NCBI GenBank assembly: GCA_965204735.1
Contig: OZ242008.1
Coordinates: 960,001-1,024,000 of the forward strand
Reading direction: 5' to 3'
DNA from: Longimicrobiales bacterium
GTDB lineage: Bacteria; Gemmatimonadota; Gemmatimonadetes; Longimicrobiales; Gaopeijiaceae
DNA: 64,000 nt
Below, piece by piece: positions 35,194 to 45,983 of the stretch. The notes beneath the pieces were generated by a model, which ran no database searches, was not told the DNA's origin, and saw only the letters and a list, made by a program, of their open reading frames with translations. The translations under genes and the position numbers were made by a program. Each line of letters starts with the position of its first letter. Position 1 is the stretch's first letter.

Positions 35194-36600
35194 CTACGCC
35201 AGTCCCGCCAGCACGTCCAGCAGCCGGTCCACGTCGCTTCGGTTGTTGAACATCGCCACAGCGGCCCGCAGCAGCTTGCCGTCCTCCTGGAAGGTGACCG
35301 ACACGTCGGCGTCCGCCAGAGCCTTGGCCAGCGTCTCCGGGTCCATCCCGTGATGGAAGCTGACGATGGGCGACGGGTTGGCGGGCGGAGTGAAGAGCTT
35401 CATCCCCAGCGCGGCGGCGCGTTCCCGGAGCTCGCCGGCCAGGGCGTGCGTGTGGGCCGCGATACGATCGAGTCCCACTTCGCCCAGGAAGCGCAGGGCG
35501 GCGTCCATGGCGGTGGCGGGTCCGTAGGCCGCGTTGGCGTATTGGAACTTGCGGGCGTCCGTCCTCATCCGGTAGCGACGGCCGGGCAGCTCCTCGGCGA
35601 CTTGGCGGTGCCCCCAGCGGTCCGGGGTCATCCACTCCAGGTGCTCCCTGCGAACGTAGAAGGGAGCGCAGCCGAAGTCGGCGAAGAGCCACTTGTAGCC
35701 GTTGCCGCAGGCGAAGTCGACCTTCTCGTCGTGCAGGTTCGCGGGGAAGGTTCCGAAGGCTTGGATGGCGTCGGCGTACAGGTAGCCGCCGTGGGCGTGG
35801 GCCAAGTCGGCCAAGGCCGGCAGGTCGTGGCGAAAGCCGTTGCGGTTGGACACCCAGGCGACGCTGATCAGGCGCGTCCGATCGTCGGTGCGGGCGGCGA
35901 AGTCGTCGGCCGAGACCGCGCCGTCGGCGGCAGGGACGATCCGCAGCTCGACCCCTTTCCGCCGCTCCAGCTCCCGATAGAGCACGAAGGTCGTGACGAA
36001 GTGGAGCTCGTCCACGACCACGTTGTCGCCCGGGCCCAGTTCAAGTGCGCTTGCAACGATGTTCTCGGCTCCGCTGGTGGCGTAGAGGAGGGCCACTTCG
36101 TCCTCGTCGGCGCCGAAGAGACGGGCGAAGCCGGCCCTGGCTCCCGTCTCGGCGGCGCCGCGGCTCGCCGGGTTGCGGTAGAGGGACTTCTCCTCCGCGT
36201 AGACCCTCAGCGCGTCCCGGACGGGGATCGGCAGCGGACCGGACGACGCGGTGTTCAGGTAGGCCAGCTCGCGCGTCACCGGGAAGCTGGCGCGGACGCC
36301 GAGGGGGTCGTCGTAGGCCTGGGAGTCGGTCGCGATGCGCGGAGGTCGGCCGGAGCCTGCGGCTTGCGGCGCGACGCTCGCGTCCCCGGCGTCGGCTTCC
36401 GCGTCGAGTCCCAGCGCGCGGGCGCCCGGAAGGCCGGCGAGGCCGACCGCGGCGCTCGTCTTGATGAAGCCGCGCCGGTTCCAAGGAGTCCGGCGGTCTT
36501 CGGGGGTTCGGCGGTCCTTGGGAGTCGGGCGGTCTTCGGGAACCCGAGGGGCTTCGGGAGTCCCGCGGTCTTCCGGGGCTCGACTGTTCGACGCGGTCAT
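35194..36600 (-). CDS. Class V PLP-dependent aminotransferase/cysteine desulfurase-like protein with Tat motif
   Basis: YLNTAS, DAIQ and GYKW (PLP lysine) motifs. NRRGFIK motif preceded by 6-aa repeats. Confidence 0.85.
   Translation of the reverse strand: MTASNSRAPEDRGTPEAPRVPEDRPTPKDRRTPEDRRTPWNRRGFIKTSAAVGLAGLPGARALGLDAEADAGDASVAPQAAGSGRPPRIATDSQAYDDPLGVRASFPVTRELAYLNTASSGPLPIPVRDALRVYAEEKSLYRNPASRGAAETGARAGFARLFGADEDEVALLYATSGAENIVASALELGPGDNVVVDELHFVTTFVLYRELERRKGVELRIVPAADGAVSADDFAARTDDRTRLISVAWVSNRNGFRHDLPALADLAHAHGGYLYADAIQAFGTFPANLHDEKVDFACGNGYKWLFADFGCAPFYVRREHLEWMTPDRWGHRQVAEELPGRRYRMRTDARKFQYANAAYGPATAMDAALRFLGEVGLDRIAAHTHALAGELRERAAALGMKLFTPPANPSPIVSFHHGMDPETLAKALADADVSVTFQEDGKLLRAAVAMFNNRSDVDRLLDVLAGLA
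36485..36577 (-). repeat. 18-bp in-frame tandem repeat (PEDRxT, about 5 units)
   Basis: PEDRGT PEAPRV PEDRPT PKDRRT PEDRRT. Confidence 0.75.
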
Positions 36601-36716
36601 CGGCTTCTCCGGCGGGCGCTCTCGGGCAGAACGGAGTTCGGGTGGAAGAGGCAAGGGCGGCGCGGGGGATTCGCGGAACGCCCCGTCCTGGTGCTAATGT
36701 TCACTCGTTGGACCGT

Positions 36717-36758
36717 CTGGTCACCCCCGCGCATCCCCTGGTCACCCCCGCGCATCCC
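36717..36758. repeat. Perfect 21-bp tandem duplication in a divergent intergenic region
   Basis: ctggtcacccccgcgcatccc, two copies. Confidence 0.9.
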
Positions 36759-36778
36759 CCCCTGCGACGAGCGACGCC

Positions 36779-38014
36779 ATGAGCGAGAAGGTCGCGAGCG
36801 AGAAGGTCACGAGCGAAGAAGCGAACCGTCCCCACGCCGCCGCCGGTTCCGACGGGAGGGCTGAAGGGCCGGCCGACCCCGGCGCGGACGTGGGCCGTCG
36901 CCGGTTCCTGGGGCAGGCCGCGAGCGGCGTGGTGGGCGCCGGGGTCGTGGCGGCGTGCGGCGCCGCGGACGGCGGTGGCGAGGGCGGCGCGCCGGCGGTC
37001 CAGACGCTTCCGGAGGTTCGGTGGCGGCTGGCGTCCAGCTTCCCGCGGGGCCTGGACACGATCTGGGGCTCCGCCGAGATGCTGGGCGAGGTCGCCTCGG
37101 CCCTCACGGACGGCCGCTTCCAGATCCGTCCGTACCCGGCCGGCGAGCTGGTCCAGGGGCTGGACGTGATGGACGCGGTCCAGCAGGGCACGGTCCAGGT
37201 CGGCCAGAGCACCAGCTACTACTACACGGGCAAGAACCCGGCCCTGGCCTTCGACGCGGGCGTCCCCTTCGGAATGACCGCTCGCCAGCAGGACGCTTGG
37301 CTGAGCGGAGGCGGGGGCGGCGAAGTCGTGCGCGGCGTCTTCGCCGATTTCGGGATCATCACCTTCCCGGCGGGCAACACGGGCGGGCAGATGGGCGGCT
37401 GGTTCCGTCGCGAAGTGGACTCGGTCGAGGATCTGCAGGGGCTGAAGATGCGCATCCCGGGGCTGGGCGGCGAAGTCATGAACCGCCTGGGCGTGACGGT
37501 GCAGGTGCTGGCAGGGGGCGACATCTACCCGGCGCTGGAGCGCGGCGCCATCGACGCCACCGAGTGGGTGGGACCCTACGACGACGAGAAGCTGGGACTG
37601 CACCAAGCGGCGCAGTACTACTACTACCCGGGCTGGTGGGAGCCCTGCGCGTCGATGTCCTACCAAGTCAACCGGGCCGAATGGGACAAGCTGCCCTCGG
37701 AGTACCAAGCCGTCTTCGAGGTGGCCGCCCAAGCATCGGCGCGTCGGATGCTCAACACCTACGACGCCAAGAACCCGCCCGCCCTTCAGCGCCTTCTGGC
37801 GGGCGACACCGAGCTCCGCTCGTTCTCCGACGAGATCATGACGGCGGCCCGCGCGGCCAGCGAGGAGATCTTGGAGGAGCACGCCGCGGCCAGCCAGCAG
37901 TACCGGCAAGTCTACGACCACTGGCGGAACTTCCGCGACGCCTCCTACCGCTGGTTCGGCACCGCCGAGCTCCGCTACGCCAGCTTCGCCTTCGGCAGGG
38001 CCGGGAGCGCCTGA
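36779..38014 (+). CDS. TRAP substrate-binding protein, TakP/keto-acid type, Tat-exported lipoprotein-like
   Basis: RRRFLG...AAC, WRLASSFP, GNTGGQMGGWF, EWVGPYDDEKLG and YYYPGWWE motifs. Confidence 0.88.
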   Translation: MSEKVASEKVTSEEANRPHAAAGSDGRAEGPADPGADVGRRRFLGQAASGVVGAGVVAACGAADGGGEGGAPAVQTLPEVRWRLASSFPRGLDTIWGSAEMLGEVASALTDGRFQIRPYPAGELVQGLDVMDAVQQGTVQVGQSTSYYYTGKNPALAFDAGVPFGMTARQQDAWLSGGGGGEVVRGVFADFGIITFPAGNTGGQMGGWFRREVDSVEDLQGLKMRIPGLGGEVMNRLGVTVQVLAGGDIYPALERGAIDATEWVGPYDDEKLGLHQAAQYYYYPGWWEPCASMSYQVNRAEWDKLPSEYQAVFEVAAQASARRMLNTYDAKNPPALQRLLAGDTELRSFSDEIMTAARAASEEILEEHAAASQQYRQVYDHWRNFRDASYRWFGTAELRYASFAFGRAGSA

Positions 38015-38078
38015 AGCGACCGCGCCGCTGGGCCGACCGCCTTGCCCCTGCGGGTCCCCGGCGGCTGGTCCGGCCTCG

Positions 38079-39401
38079 TCAGTCCACCAAGCCCGTCACC
38101 AGCTCCGGCCACTGGATGATCGCCAGCAGGCCGATCAGCTGAATCACGATGAACGGGACCACGGCCTTGTACAGGTCCGTGGTCTTCACCGACGCCGGCG
38201 CCACCCCGCGGAGATAGAAGAGGGCGAAGCCGAAGGGGGGCGTGAGGAACGAGGTCTGCAGGTTCATTCCGATCATGACACCGAACCACACCAGGTCGAT
38301 CCCCAGCAGGGATGCGGCGGGGGCCAGCAGGGGGATGATGATGAAGGCGATCTCGAAGAAGTCCAGGAAGAACCCAAGGACGAAGATCGCCAAGTTGGCG
38401 ACCAGAAGGAGGCCGACTTTGCCGCCGGGCAGGTTGGTGAGCAGGTTCTCGATCCAGACGTCGCCGTAGAGGCCGCGAAAGACGAGAGCGAAGGCGGTGG
38501 ACCCGATCAGCAGGAACATGACCATCGTCGAGAGCTTGGTCGTGGCCGTGCACGACTCCCGAACGACCGCCAGGTCGAGCCTGCCCCGGGCGGCCGCCAG
38601 CAGGAGCGCCCCGACAGAGCCGATGGCGCCGGCCTCGGTCGGCGTGGCGACGCCGGCGAAGATCGACCCCAGGACGATGAGGATCAGCAGCAGGGGCGGG
38701 AGGAGGACCAGCAGGACCCGTCGGACGAGCACGCCGAGGGGCACGTCGGTCATCTCGGGAGGCAGGGCCGGCGCCAAGCTGGGCTTCACGGTCGCGACCC
38801 CGCCCACGTAGAGGGCGTACATCCCGGCCAGCATGAGGCCCGGGATCAGTCCCCCGATGAAGAGGTCGCCCACCGAGATGCCCAGCTGGTCGGCCAGGAC
38901 GACCAGCACGATGCTCGGCGGGATGATCTGCCCCAACGTGCCCGAGGCCAGGATGACCCCCGACGAGAGCTGCGCCGAGTACCGGTAGCGAAGCATGACG
39001 GGCAGCGAAATGCTTCCCATGGCCACGACGGAAGCGCCGACGACGCCGGTGGCCGCGGCCAGCATCGCGCCCACCAGGACCACCGCCAGCGCCAAGCCGC
39101 CGGCGCGGCGGCCGAAGAGCGTGCCGATCGTGGTCAGCAGGTCCTCCGCCAGCCTCGCTCTCTCGAGCACCAGTCCCATGAAGATGAAGAAGGGGACCGC
39201 CAGCAGGACCGAGTTGGACATGACCCCGAAGATGCGCAGGGGCATCGCCGAGAGGAGGCTCCAGTCGAAGAAGCCGAGCTGAACCCCGATGAAGGCGAAG
39301 ATCAGCGACGCCCCGCCCAGGGCGAAGGCGACCGGATAGCCGCAAAAGATGATCAGGAAGACCGCCGCGAACATCAGCGGCGCCAGGATCGACCCCTCCA
39401 T
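38079..39401 (-). CDS. dctM: TRAP large permease (TakP-associated)
   Basis: GYPVAF, SGTLGQIIPPS, TPTEAG and NLQTSFLTPPFGFALFYLRG motifs. Confidence 0.92.
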   Translation of the reverse strand: MEGSILAPLMFAAVFLIIFCGYPVAFALGGASLIFAFIGVQLGFFDWSLLSAMPLRIFGVMSNSVLLAVPFFIFMGLVLERARLAEDLLTTIGTLFGRRAGGLALAVVLVGAMLAAATGVVGASVVAMGSISLPVMLRYRYSAQLSSGVILASGTLGQIIPPSIVLVVLADQLGISVGDLFIGGLIPGLMLAGMYALYVGGVATVKPSLAPALPPEMTDVPLGVLVRRVLLVLLPPLLLILIVLGSIFAGVATPTEAGAIGSVGALLLAAARGRLDLAVVRESCTATTKLSTMVMFLLIGSTAFALVFRGLYGDVWIENLLTNLPGGKVGLLLVANLAIFVLGFFLDFFEIAFIIIPLLAPAASLLGIDLVWFGVMIGMNLQTSFLTPPFGFALFYLRGVAPASVKTTDLYKAVVPFIVIQLIGLLAIIQWPELVTGLVD

Positions 39402-40001
39402 CTAGAGGCCCCCGGGGCGGGCCGGAGCGTCGTGCCCCTCTTCCCCTTCGTCGGTTTCGTCGCTTGCGCCCGTCGTGCCGCCGTCGCCGCCGCGCAGGAC
39501 GCGGACTTCCTTGACCAGCTCGGCCACGCCCTGCGCCAGCAGCAGGACGAAGCAGACGAGTATCACCGACTTCAGCGGATAGCGGGGCAGTCCGCCGGGG
39601 TCGGGCGAGAGCTCGCGGATCGCCCACGAGTTTCGGATCGCCGGCCACGAGACCCAGAGCACGAAGACGCAGAACGGGATCAGCATGAACACCGAGCCGA
39701 TCACGTTGATCCAGGCCTGCGCTCGCCGTTCCAGCCGTCCGTAGACCACGTCCACCCGCACGTGAGCGTTCTCCTTGAGCGCGTAGCCGGCGCCCAGAAG
39801 GAAGATCAGCGAGAAGAGGTACCACTGAAGCTCCAGGTAGAGGTTGGAGCTGAGGCTGGTGCCGGTGAAGCGGCCCAGGTAGCGGACGATGGCGTTGTAC
39901 GCGCCGATGAGGATCATGACGAGCACGAGCCAGGACACGAAGCGCCCCATGCGGCTGGTCGTCCAGTCGATGAAGCGCACGAAGAGGTCGATGAAGCGCA
40001 C
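39402..40001 (-). CDS. dctQ: TRAP small permease
   Basis: ELQWYLFS, HVRVDV and SPDPGGLP motifs. Start uncertain. A 21-bp duplication at 39966-40007 gives LFVRFID twice. Confidence 0.85.
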   Translation of the reverse strand: MRFIDLFVRFIDWTTSRMGRFVSWLVLVMILIGAYNAIVRYLGRFTGTSLSSNLYLELQWYLFSLIFLLGAGYALKENAHVRVDVVYGRLERRAQAWINVIGSVFMLIPFCVFVLWVSWPAIRNSWAIRELSPDPGGLPRYPLKSVILVCFVLLLAQGVAELVKEVRVLRGGDGGTTGASDETDEGEEGHDAPARPGGL

Positions 40002-40173
40002 GAAGAGGTTCGGGTTCTTTCGCGGAGGGGCGGAAGGGGAGCGGCAACGGAACGCGAGGGCGCGCCGGAAGCGGAGTGGCCAGCGTATCACTGGCCCGGC
40101 AGTGGAGCAAGCGGTTCGCCGAGCCGCTGGAAGGCTCCCGGTCGCGGCGCGCGGGCGCATTATATTGACGGAC

Positions 40174-41169
40174 ATGAGCGAGACTTGGTTGGAGAGCCTC
40201 GACGCCGCCGGTCGCCCGTCGCCCCCGATTTCGTGGGAGATCGCGGCGCCGCTCAAGGATCGGAGGGAGCTGTACCGGTGGCGAAGGGCGGTCGGCCCGG
40301 TTCGCTACGGCCAAGTGGCGGCCGCCGTCGCAGCCCCGCCCGGGCCGCCCCTTGCCGTGGCGGTCTGGAACGGACGGACGGGCGGAGGAGCGATCCGCGA
40401 TTGCTGGAAGCACCTGACCGAGGCCCATCCCGCCCCTGGAGGGCCCTTGGTCGCGTTGCTGCAGGAAGCGTTCGCCTCGGGCGACGAGCTCCCGGCGCTT
40501 GTGGACGACGCGGCCTGGGCCGAGCGCATCGACGACCGTCCCGACGACCAGGAGCGGACCGACGTGGCCGCCTTCTGCCGGGAAGAGGGCCTGTCGATGC
40601 TCTACGTGCCCTCCATGCGGAACGGAGGCGACGACGGCGGCCCGCCCGAGGACCGCGGCTGCGCCATCGTGGCCAACGTGCCCCTGGCGTCCCCCTGGGC
40701 GGTGGAGCTTCCCTTTGAACGGCAGCGCCGGGTCGCGGTCACGGCGGACGTGGTCGTCGGAACCGACGAGGCGAGCCTGAAGCTGACCCTCTGCTCGATG
40801 CACTTGGACAACCGGGCGCTCTGGCGACGAGCTTGGCGCAGCCTCGGCCTGGGGCGACGGAGGCAGATGAACGGCCTCATGGCAGTGCTGCGCAGAAGGT
40901 CCCGGGGCGTTGCGGTTGCGCTGGGCGGAGACTTCAACACATGGCTTCTCGGCCGACGCGAGGGTGCGTACAAGGTGGCCCGGCGGTGGTTCGCGCAGCC
41001 CGCAACGCCGGATCCCGCTCCGACCCACCACTTCGAGGTCGGCGGGTGGCCGAGGCTGTCGGACCACCTGCTCTTTCGGCTGCCTGCCGGTTGGCGGGGC
41101 AGCTACCGCCGCCTGGATCGCACCTTCGGCTCGGACCACTACCCGCTGCTGGGCACCGTGGTCCGGTGA
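40174..41169 (+). CDS. Endonuclease/exonuclease/phosphatase family protein
   Basis: VWN, LLQE, HLD, GGDFN and GSDHYP motifs. Confidence 0.85.
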   Translation: MSETWLESLDAAGRPSPPISWEIAAPLKDRRELYRWRRAVGPVRYGQVAAAVAAPPGPPLAVAVWNGRTGGGAIRDCWKHLTEAHPAPGGPLVALLQEAFASGDELPALVDDAAWAERIDDRPDDQERTDVAAFCREEGLSMLYVPSMRNGGDDGGPPEDRGCAIVANVPLASPWAVELPFERQRRVAVTADVVVGTDEASLKLTLCSMHLDNRALWRRAWRSLGLGRRRQMNGLMAVLRRRSRGVAVALGGDFNTWLLGRREGAYKVARRWFAQPATPDPAPTHHFEVGGWPRLSDHLLFRLPAGWRGSYRRLDRTFGSDHYPLLGTVVR

Positions 41170-41233
41170 ACCAGCGCTCCCGGTAAGCCGGACCTCGCCT
41201 TTGCGGGTTGACGGGAGGGCCTGTCGTCTCTTG

Positions 41234-42916
41234 ATGGGATCGGCGGTCCTGGTCCTGGCCGCCTTGCCGCCGGCGGTGGGTTCCGCCCAGTCGGCGCCCG
41301 TGGACTCGTACTCCCGAGATGTCTTCCCCGGCCGCATTGCCGACGGCGCCGAACCGTTGCTGGTGAACGTCTCCGAGTTTGCCCGGGTCCCGGGCGTGGA
41401 CGGCGAGCCGGCGCGCCTCCAGCGCCTCGTGGACGTGCCGGGGGCAGGCCGCCTCTTCGTTGCGACCGACCGCGGGATGATCTACGCGGTCAGCTACGAC
41501 GGGGCCGACGTGTCGCTCTACCTGGACGTCGGGCGCGACGGAGCCGCGCTGCCTCCGAAGCTGGTGCTGTACGGACGTCGTCAAGGCTTCCTCGGCGGCG
41601 TCGCCTTCCACCCCCGCTTTGCCGACGAAGGCGCGCCGGGGTTCGGCAAGTTCTACACGCTGACCGAGGCGTCGGACAACGGGCCCTCGGCGGACTTCAG
41701 GCCGGGGCGCGGCAGCCGCGACGTGTTCGACACGGTCCTGCTGGAATGGACGGCGCGCGACCCGGCGGCGTGGAGCTACGACGGCGGTCCGGCGCGAGAG
41801 GTGATGCGGATCGAGCAGCCCTACGAGGAGCACAACGGCGGCGCCGTCGCCTTCCGGTCCGGCGCCGGCCCTTCGGCCCCCGACTACGGCCTTCTGTACA
41901 TGGGGCTCGGCGACGGCGGCGGCGAGGGCGACCCCCTCGGCTTGGCCCAGGACCTGAGCAAGGTCTACGGCAAGCTGCTGCGCATCGACCCCCTCGGGTC
42001 CAACAGCGCGAACGGACGGTACGGCGTTCCGGCGGACAACCCCTTTGCCGGAGACGGAAGGGAAGACGCCCTGGGCGAGATATGGGCCTACGGCCTGCGC
42101 AACCCCAGCAGCTTCGGATGGGACGCCTCGAACGGGAACCTGTACGTCGCGGACATCGGCGAGGCCGTCAGCGAAGAGATCAGCTTGGTGCGCGCGGGCG
42201 CCAACTTGGGCTGGAGCAGGTGGGAAGGCAGCTTCAGGGTGGTCAGGCGTCGGGGCTTGGCGCGTCGCCTGGCCCGGCTGTGGTCGTGGGCGATCCACTT
42301 TGCCGCGGGTGCCGACTTCCTGCGGGCCAATGGCCAGGACGTCGCGACGGCCGGGATGCGCGGTGCCGCGGGCGTGACGTACCCAGTCGTCGAGTACGGT
42401 CGCTACGACCCCATGTTCGCGGGCGCCGGCGTCGCGGTGACGGGGGTCGTCGTTTGCCGGGAGTGCGGCGTTGCGCAGCTGAACGGCAACGTGCTGTTCG
42501 GCGACCTGCCCAGCGGCGCGCTCATGTACTTCCCGGCCGACGGGCTGCCAAGGGGCGGTCCCGAGGCGCTCCGGCAGGTTCTCTTGGTCGAAGGCGCCGG
42601 CGACGCGGGCGCGGAAGGGGCCGGGAAGACGCTGCTGCAGCTCGTTCAGGAGGAGAGGGTTGCCCAGGGTCGTGCCTTCCCGGGTCGGCGAGTGGACCTG
42701 CGGTTCGCCACGAGCGCGTCCGGCGACGTCTTCCTCCTCAACAAGCGCGACGGGGTCGTCCGCCGCCTCGACGGACCTTCCCCCGGGCTCGACGGACCTT
42801 CCCCCGGGCTTGACGGACCTTCCCCCGGGCTCGACGGACTTTCTCCCCGTCCCGACGGACCTTCCCTCCGGCTCGACCCTTCGCCGCGGCTAGACCCTCC
42901 TGGACCGGGCCGATAG
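41234..42916 (+). CDS. PQQ-dependent sugar dehydrogenase (GSDH-type beta-propeller)
   Basis: Signal-like N-terminus, AFHPRF, HNGG, LGDGG, GKLLRIDP and YGLRNP motifs. Start uncertain. Confidence 0.85.
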   Translation: MGSAVLVLAALPPAVGSAQSAPVDSYSRDVFPGRIADGAEPLLVNVSEFARVPGVDGEPARLQRLVDVPGAGRLFVATDRGMIYAVSYDGADVSLYLDVGRDGAALPPKLVLYGRRQGFLGGVAFHPRFADEGAPGFGKFYTLTEASDNGPSADFRPGRGSRDVFDTVLLEWTARDPAAWSYDGGPAREVMRIEQPYEEHNGGAVAFRSGAGPSAPDYGLLYMGLGDGGGEGDPLGLAQDLSKVYGKLLRIDPLGSNSANGRYGVPADNPFAGDGREDALGEIWAYGLRNPSSFGWDASNGNLYVADIGEAVSEEISLVRAGANLGWSRWEGSFRVVRRRGLARRLARLWSWAIHFAAGADFLRANGQDVATAGMRGAAGVTYPVVEYGRYDPMFAGAGVAVTGVVVCRECGVAQLNGNVLFGDLPSGALMYFPADGLPRGGPEALRQVLLVEGAGDAGAEGAGKTLLQLVQEERVAQGRAFPGRRVDLRFATSASGDVFLLNKRDGVVRRLDGPSPGLDGPSPGLDGPSPGLDGLSPRPDGPSLRLDPSPRLDPPGPGR

Positions 42917-44468
42917 AGCGGCGGAGAAGGCTCCTTCCCGTCATCTCGAGAGGCTTGGGCAAGCCCATGATCTCCAGGATCGTGGGCGCAACGTCGGCGA
43001 GCGTGCCGTTTCGGAGTCGGCGGGGCGAGGGGACTCCGTCGGGCTCGCAGAGGATCAGCCGCACCGGGAAGGTGGTGTGGGCGGTGAAGGGCCGGCCGTC
43101 GTCGTCCCGCATCTTCTCTGCGTTGCCGTGGTCGGCCGTGACCAGCGCCGTGCCGCCAAGCTCGGCGATCCGTTCCAGGACGCGGCCTACGCATCCGTCC
43201 ACCGTCTCCACGGCCGCGACGGCGGCGGGGACGCTCCCGGTGTGGCCCACCATGTCGGCGTTGGCGTAGTTGACCAGAACGAAGTCGTGGCCGCCCCGGT
43301 CCAGGCTCGCCAGCAGAGCTTCCGTCACTTCTGGAGCGCTCATCTCGGGCTGCAGGTCGTAGGTCGCCACGTCCGGCGACGGAACCATCGTCCGTTCCTC
43401 TCCCGGGAAGGGCTCCTCCACGCCGCCGTTGAAGAAGTAGGTGACGTGGGGGTACTTCTCCGTCTCGGCCGTCCGCAGCTGGGTTCGACCGGCCTGGGAA
43501 AGCGCCTCGCCCAGCACGTTCTCCAGGGGCCGGGGCGCGAAGAGGACCGGGTGCGGAAAGTCGTCCTCGTAGCGGGTCATCGCCGCGAAGTTGGCGCAGG
43601 GCGGCCGGCGCCGCGGGAAGCGCCGAAAGGAGTCGCCGGCCACCGCCGCCGTCAGCTGCCGCGCCCGGTCGGCCCGGAAGTTGAAGAAGATGAAGCCGTC
43701 TTCGGGGGCGACGCCCGGCGGGCGCGGGTCGGGCATGTGCGCGGGCGGGCGGATCACGGCGGGGGGGAGGAACTCGTCGCCGACTTCGTTCTCGTAGCAG
43801 CGTGCGACGTGTTCCGTCGGGCTGACGGCCCGGGGACCCGCGGCTTCGACGATGGCGCGGTAGGCCTGCTCGGTGCGCTCCCAGCGGCCGTCCCGGTCCA
43901 TGGCGTAGTAGCGGCCCGAGATCGTGACGATCCGGGCATCGCGTCGCTCGTCCGCCAGCCTCTGCGTTTCGGCCACCCAGCGGAGGCCGGAGACGGGGGG
44001 CGCGTCCCTTCCGTCCGTGATGCAGTGGATCCGGATCGGCAGGCCGGCCCCGTCCGCCCACTCCAGCAGCGCTTCCAGGTGGTCGATGTGGCTGTGGACG
44101 CCCCCGTCGGAGCACAGTCCGGCCAAGTGGACCGCGCCGCCGGAAGTGCGCAGGTCCGCCGCCATCTTGGCCAGCGCCGGGATGCGGGAGAACGACCCGT
44201 CCCGCGCCGCCTCCGAAATGCGCGTCGCGTCTTGGGGAACGACCCGGCCGGCGCCCAGGTTCAGGTGGCCGACCTCCGAGTTGCCCATCTGGCCGTCGGG
44301 AAGCCCCACGGCTAGGCCCGAGGTCTCCAGCAGGCACCACGGCCGCTCGGCCAGCAGCCGGTCTCTGACGGGCGTGCGGGCCATGGCGACGGCGTTCCCC
44401 TGGCGCTCGACCTGGGCCGGGTCCGACGCGCCGACGCCCCAGCCGTCGCAGACGACGAGGACGATCAC
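42738..44468 (-). CDS. gpmI: 2,3-bisphosphoglycerate-independent phosphoglycerate mutase
   Basis: [48 protein letters not shown] and TADHGN motifs. Confidence 0.95.
   Translation of the reverse strand: MIVLVVCDGWGVGASDPAQVERQGNAVAMARTPVRDRLLAERPWCLLETSGLAVGLPDGQMGNSEVGHLNLGAGRVVPQDATRISEAARDGSFSRIPALAKMAADLRTSGGAVHLAGLCSDGGVHSHIDHLEALLEWADGAGLPIRIHCITDGRDAPPVSGLRWVAETQRLADERRDARIVTISGRYYAMDRDGRWERTEQAYRAIVEAAGPRAVSPTEHVARCYENEVGDEFLPPAVIRPPAHMPDPRPPGVAPEDGFIFFNFRADRARQLTAAVAGDSFRRFPRRRPPCANFAAMTRYEDDFPHPVLFAPRPLENVLGEALSQAGRTQLRTAETEKYPHVTYFFNGGVEEPFPGEERTMVPSPDVATYDLQPEMSAPEVTEALLASLDRGGHDFVLVNYANADMVGHTGSVPAAVAAVETVDGCVGRVLERIAELGGTALVTADHGNAEKMRDDDGRPFTAHTTFPVRLILCEPDGVPSPRRLRNGTLADVAPTILEIMGLPKPLEMTGRSLLRRSIGPVQEGLAAAKGRAGGKVRRDGEKVRRARGKVRQARGKVRRARGKVRRGGGRPRRAC
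42767..42889. repeat. 21-bp tandem repeat (about 5.5 units) in the overlap of two convergent genes
   Basis: ctcgacggaccttcccccggg units, reading LDGPSPG on + and ARGKVRR on -. Confidence 0.9.
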
Positions 44469-45901
44469 CGACCGCCACCGGCAACGCCGCCGGGACCGCC
44501 CGTCGCCCAGTACCCGCCCCGCTCGTGGTCGAAGACGATCTCGCGGCCCAGGGGCTCGTCGGCTGTCCGGCCGTTGGCGAACACCGTGCGGCCGCAGACC
44601 CAGGTCCGCACCGGCCAGCCCACGAGCCGCGTTCCGTGCCAGGGACTCCATCCGCACTTGGTGACCTGGTCCTCGTTCCGCACCTCTCGCGTCGCCGACA
44701 TGTCCACAAGCGCCAAGTCCGCGTCGCAGCCTTCCTCGATCCGCCCCTTGCCCACCATGTCCCAGACGCGGGCCGGAGCGTCGCACATCCACGCCGCCAA
44801 GTCGTTCAGGGTGCACCGACCGCGGTTGACCGCGTCCAGCATCAGGGGCAGCACGAGCTCCACCGCCGGGACGCCCGACGGCGACTCGGGGTACGGGACG
44901 CTCTTCTCTTCCAGGGTGTGAGGCGCGTGGTCGGTGGCGACGACCTGGAGGGCGCCGTCCTGCAGCCCGCGCCACAGGGCGGCCCGGTCCGACGCCTCCT
45001 TGAGCGACGGGTTCATCTGGGCCAGCGCACCCAGGCGCTCGTAGTCGGAGACGTCGAGGAAGAGGTGGTGGGGACAGGCCTCGGCGGTGACCAGACGGTC
45101 GGCGGGCTGCGGGCGGGCGTCCGCGTCCGAGCGAGGTCCGTCCGAGTCCGTGCCCCGGCCCAGCAGCGCCACTTCGTCGGCGGTCGAGACGTGCAGCACG
45201 TGGAGGCGGCGCCTGTGGCGTCGGGCCAAGTCGATTGCGCGACGCGTCGCCACGACGGCGGCGCGGCGGTCACGGATGCGGGAGTGGTCGCTCACCGTCA
45301 GCGCTCCGGCCGCCTCGATCCGCGCCCGGTTGGCCCGCACCGTGGTCTCGTCCTCGCAGTGGGCCGCGATCGGGAGGCGGGTCAGCGCGAAGATCTCCTC
45401 CAGGCGTTCCTGGTCGTCCACCAGCATGTCGCCCGTGCTCGACCCCATGAAGACCTTGATCCCCGGCGTTGCCGGCCCGGGGGCGCGGCCCGCCTTCCGC
45501 AGCTCGCTCAAGTTGCCCGTGGTCGCCCCGACGTAGAAGCCGTAGTTGACCACGCACTTGCGCCCGGCGAGCTCCAGCTTCGCCGCCAGCGCTTCCAACG
45601 TGACGGTCTGGGGCGCCGTGTTGGGCATCTCCAGGAAAGAAGTCACGCCTCCCGCCGCGCACGCCCTGCTTCCAGTGCGCAGGTCTTCCTTGTGGGTCAT
45701 CCCCGGGTCCCGGAAGTGCACTTGGTCGTCGACCACGCCGGGGAGCAGGTGGAGCCCGTCCGCGTTCACCGTCTCGTCGGCGCGGACCCCCGGGGGCGCG
45801 TCCACGGCGGCGATCCGTCCGTCCTCGATCAGCACGTCGGTCCGCGCCGTCTCGTCCGGCAAGACCACCTGGGCGCCCCGGATCAGCGTGCGGTGCTGCA
45901 T
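44465..45901 (-). CDS. pyrC: Dihydroorotase
   Basis: [29 protein letters not shown] and ATDHAPH motifs. Confidence 0.9.
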   Translation of the reverse strand: MQHRTLIRGAQVVLPDETARTDVLIEDGRIAAVDAPPGVRADETVNADGLHLLPGVVDDQVHFRDPGMTHKEDLRTGSRACAAGGVTSFLEMPNTAPQTVTLEALAAKLELAGRKCVVNYGFYVGATTGNLSELRKAGRAPGPATPGIKVFMGSSTGDMLVDDQERLEEIFALTRLPIAAHCEDETTVRANRARIEAAGALTVSDHSRIRDRRAAVVATRRAIDLARRHRRRLHVLHVSTADEVALLGRGTDSDGPRSDADARPQPADRLVTAEACPHHLFLDVSDYERLGALAQMNPSLKEASDRAALWRGLQDGALQVVATDHAPHTLEEKSVPYPESPSGVPAVELVLPLMLDAVNRGRCTLNDLAAWMCDAPARVWDMVGKGRIEEGCDADLALVDMSATREVRNEDQVTKCGWSPWHGTRLVGWPVRTWVCGRTVFANGRTADEPLGREIVFDHERGGYWATGGPGGVAGGGR

Positions 45902-45983
45902 GGGGTCAGCCGAAAGTCGCGGGCCGGCCCAGTGCCCCGGGTCCGTCGAAGGTCGCAGGTCTGCCCGTCGCCGCAACCACGGA

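Noticed and set aside
42767..42889. CRISPR-like repeat
   Set aside because: Head-to-tail 21-bp tandem repeat with no spacers, lying in coding sequence.
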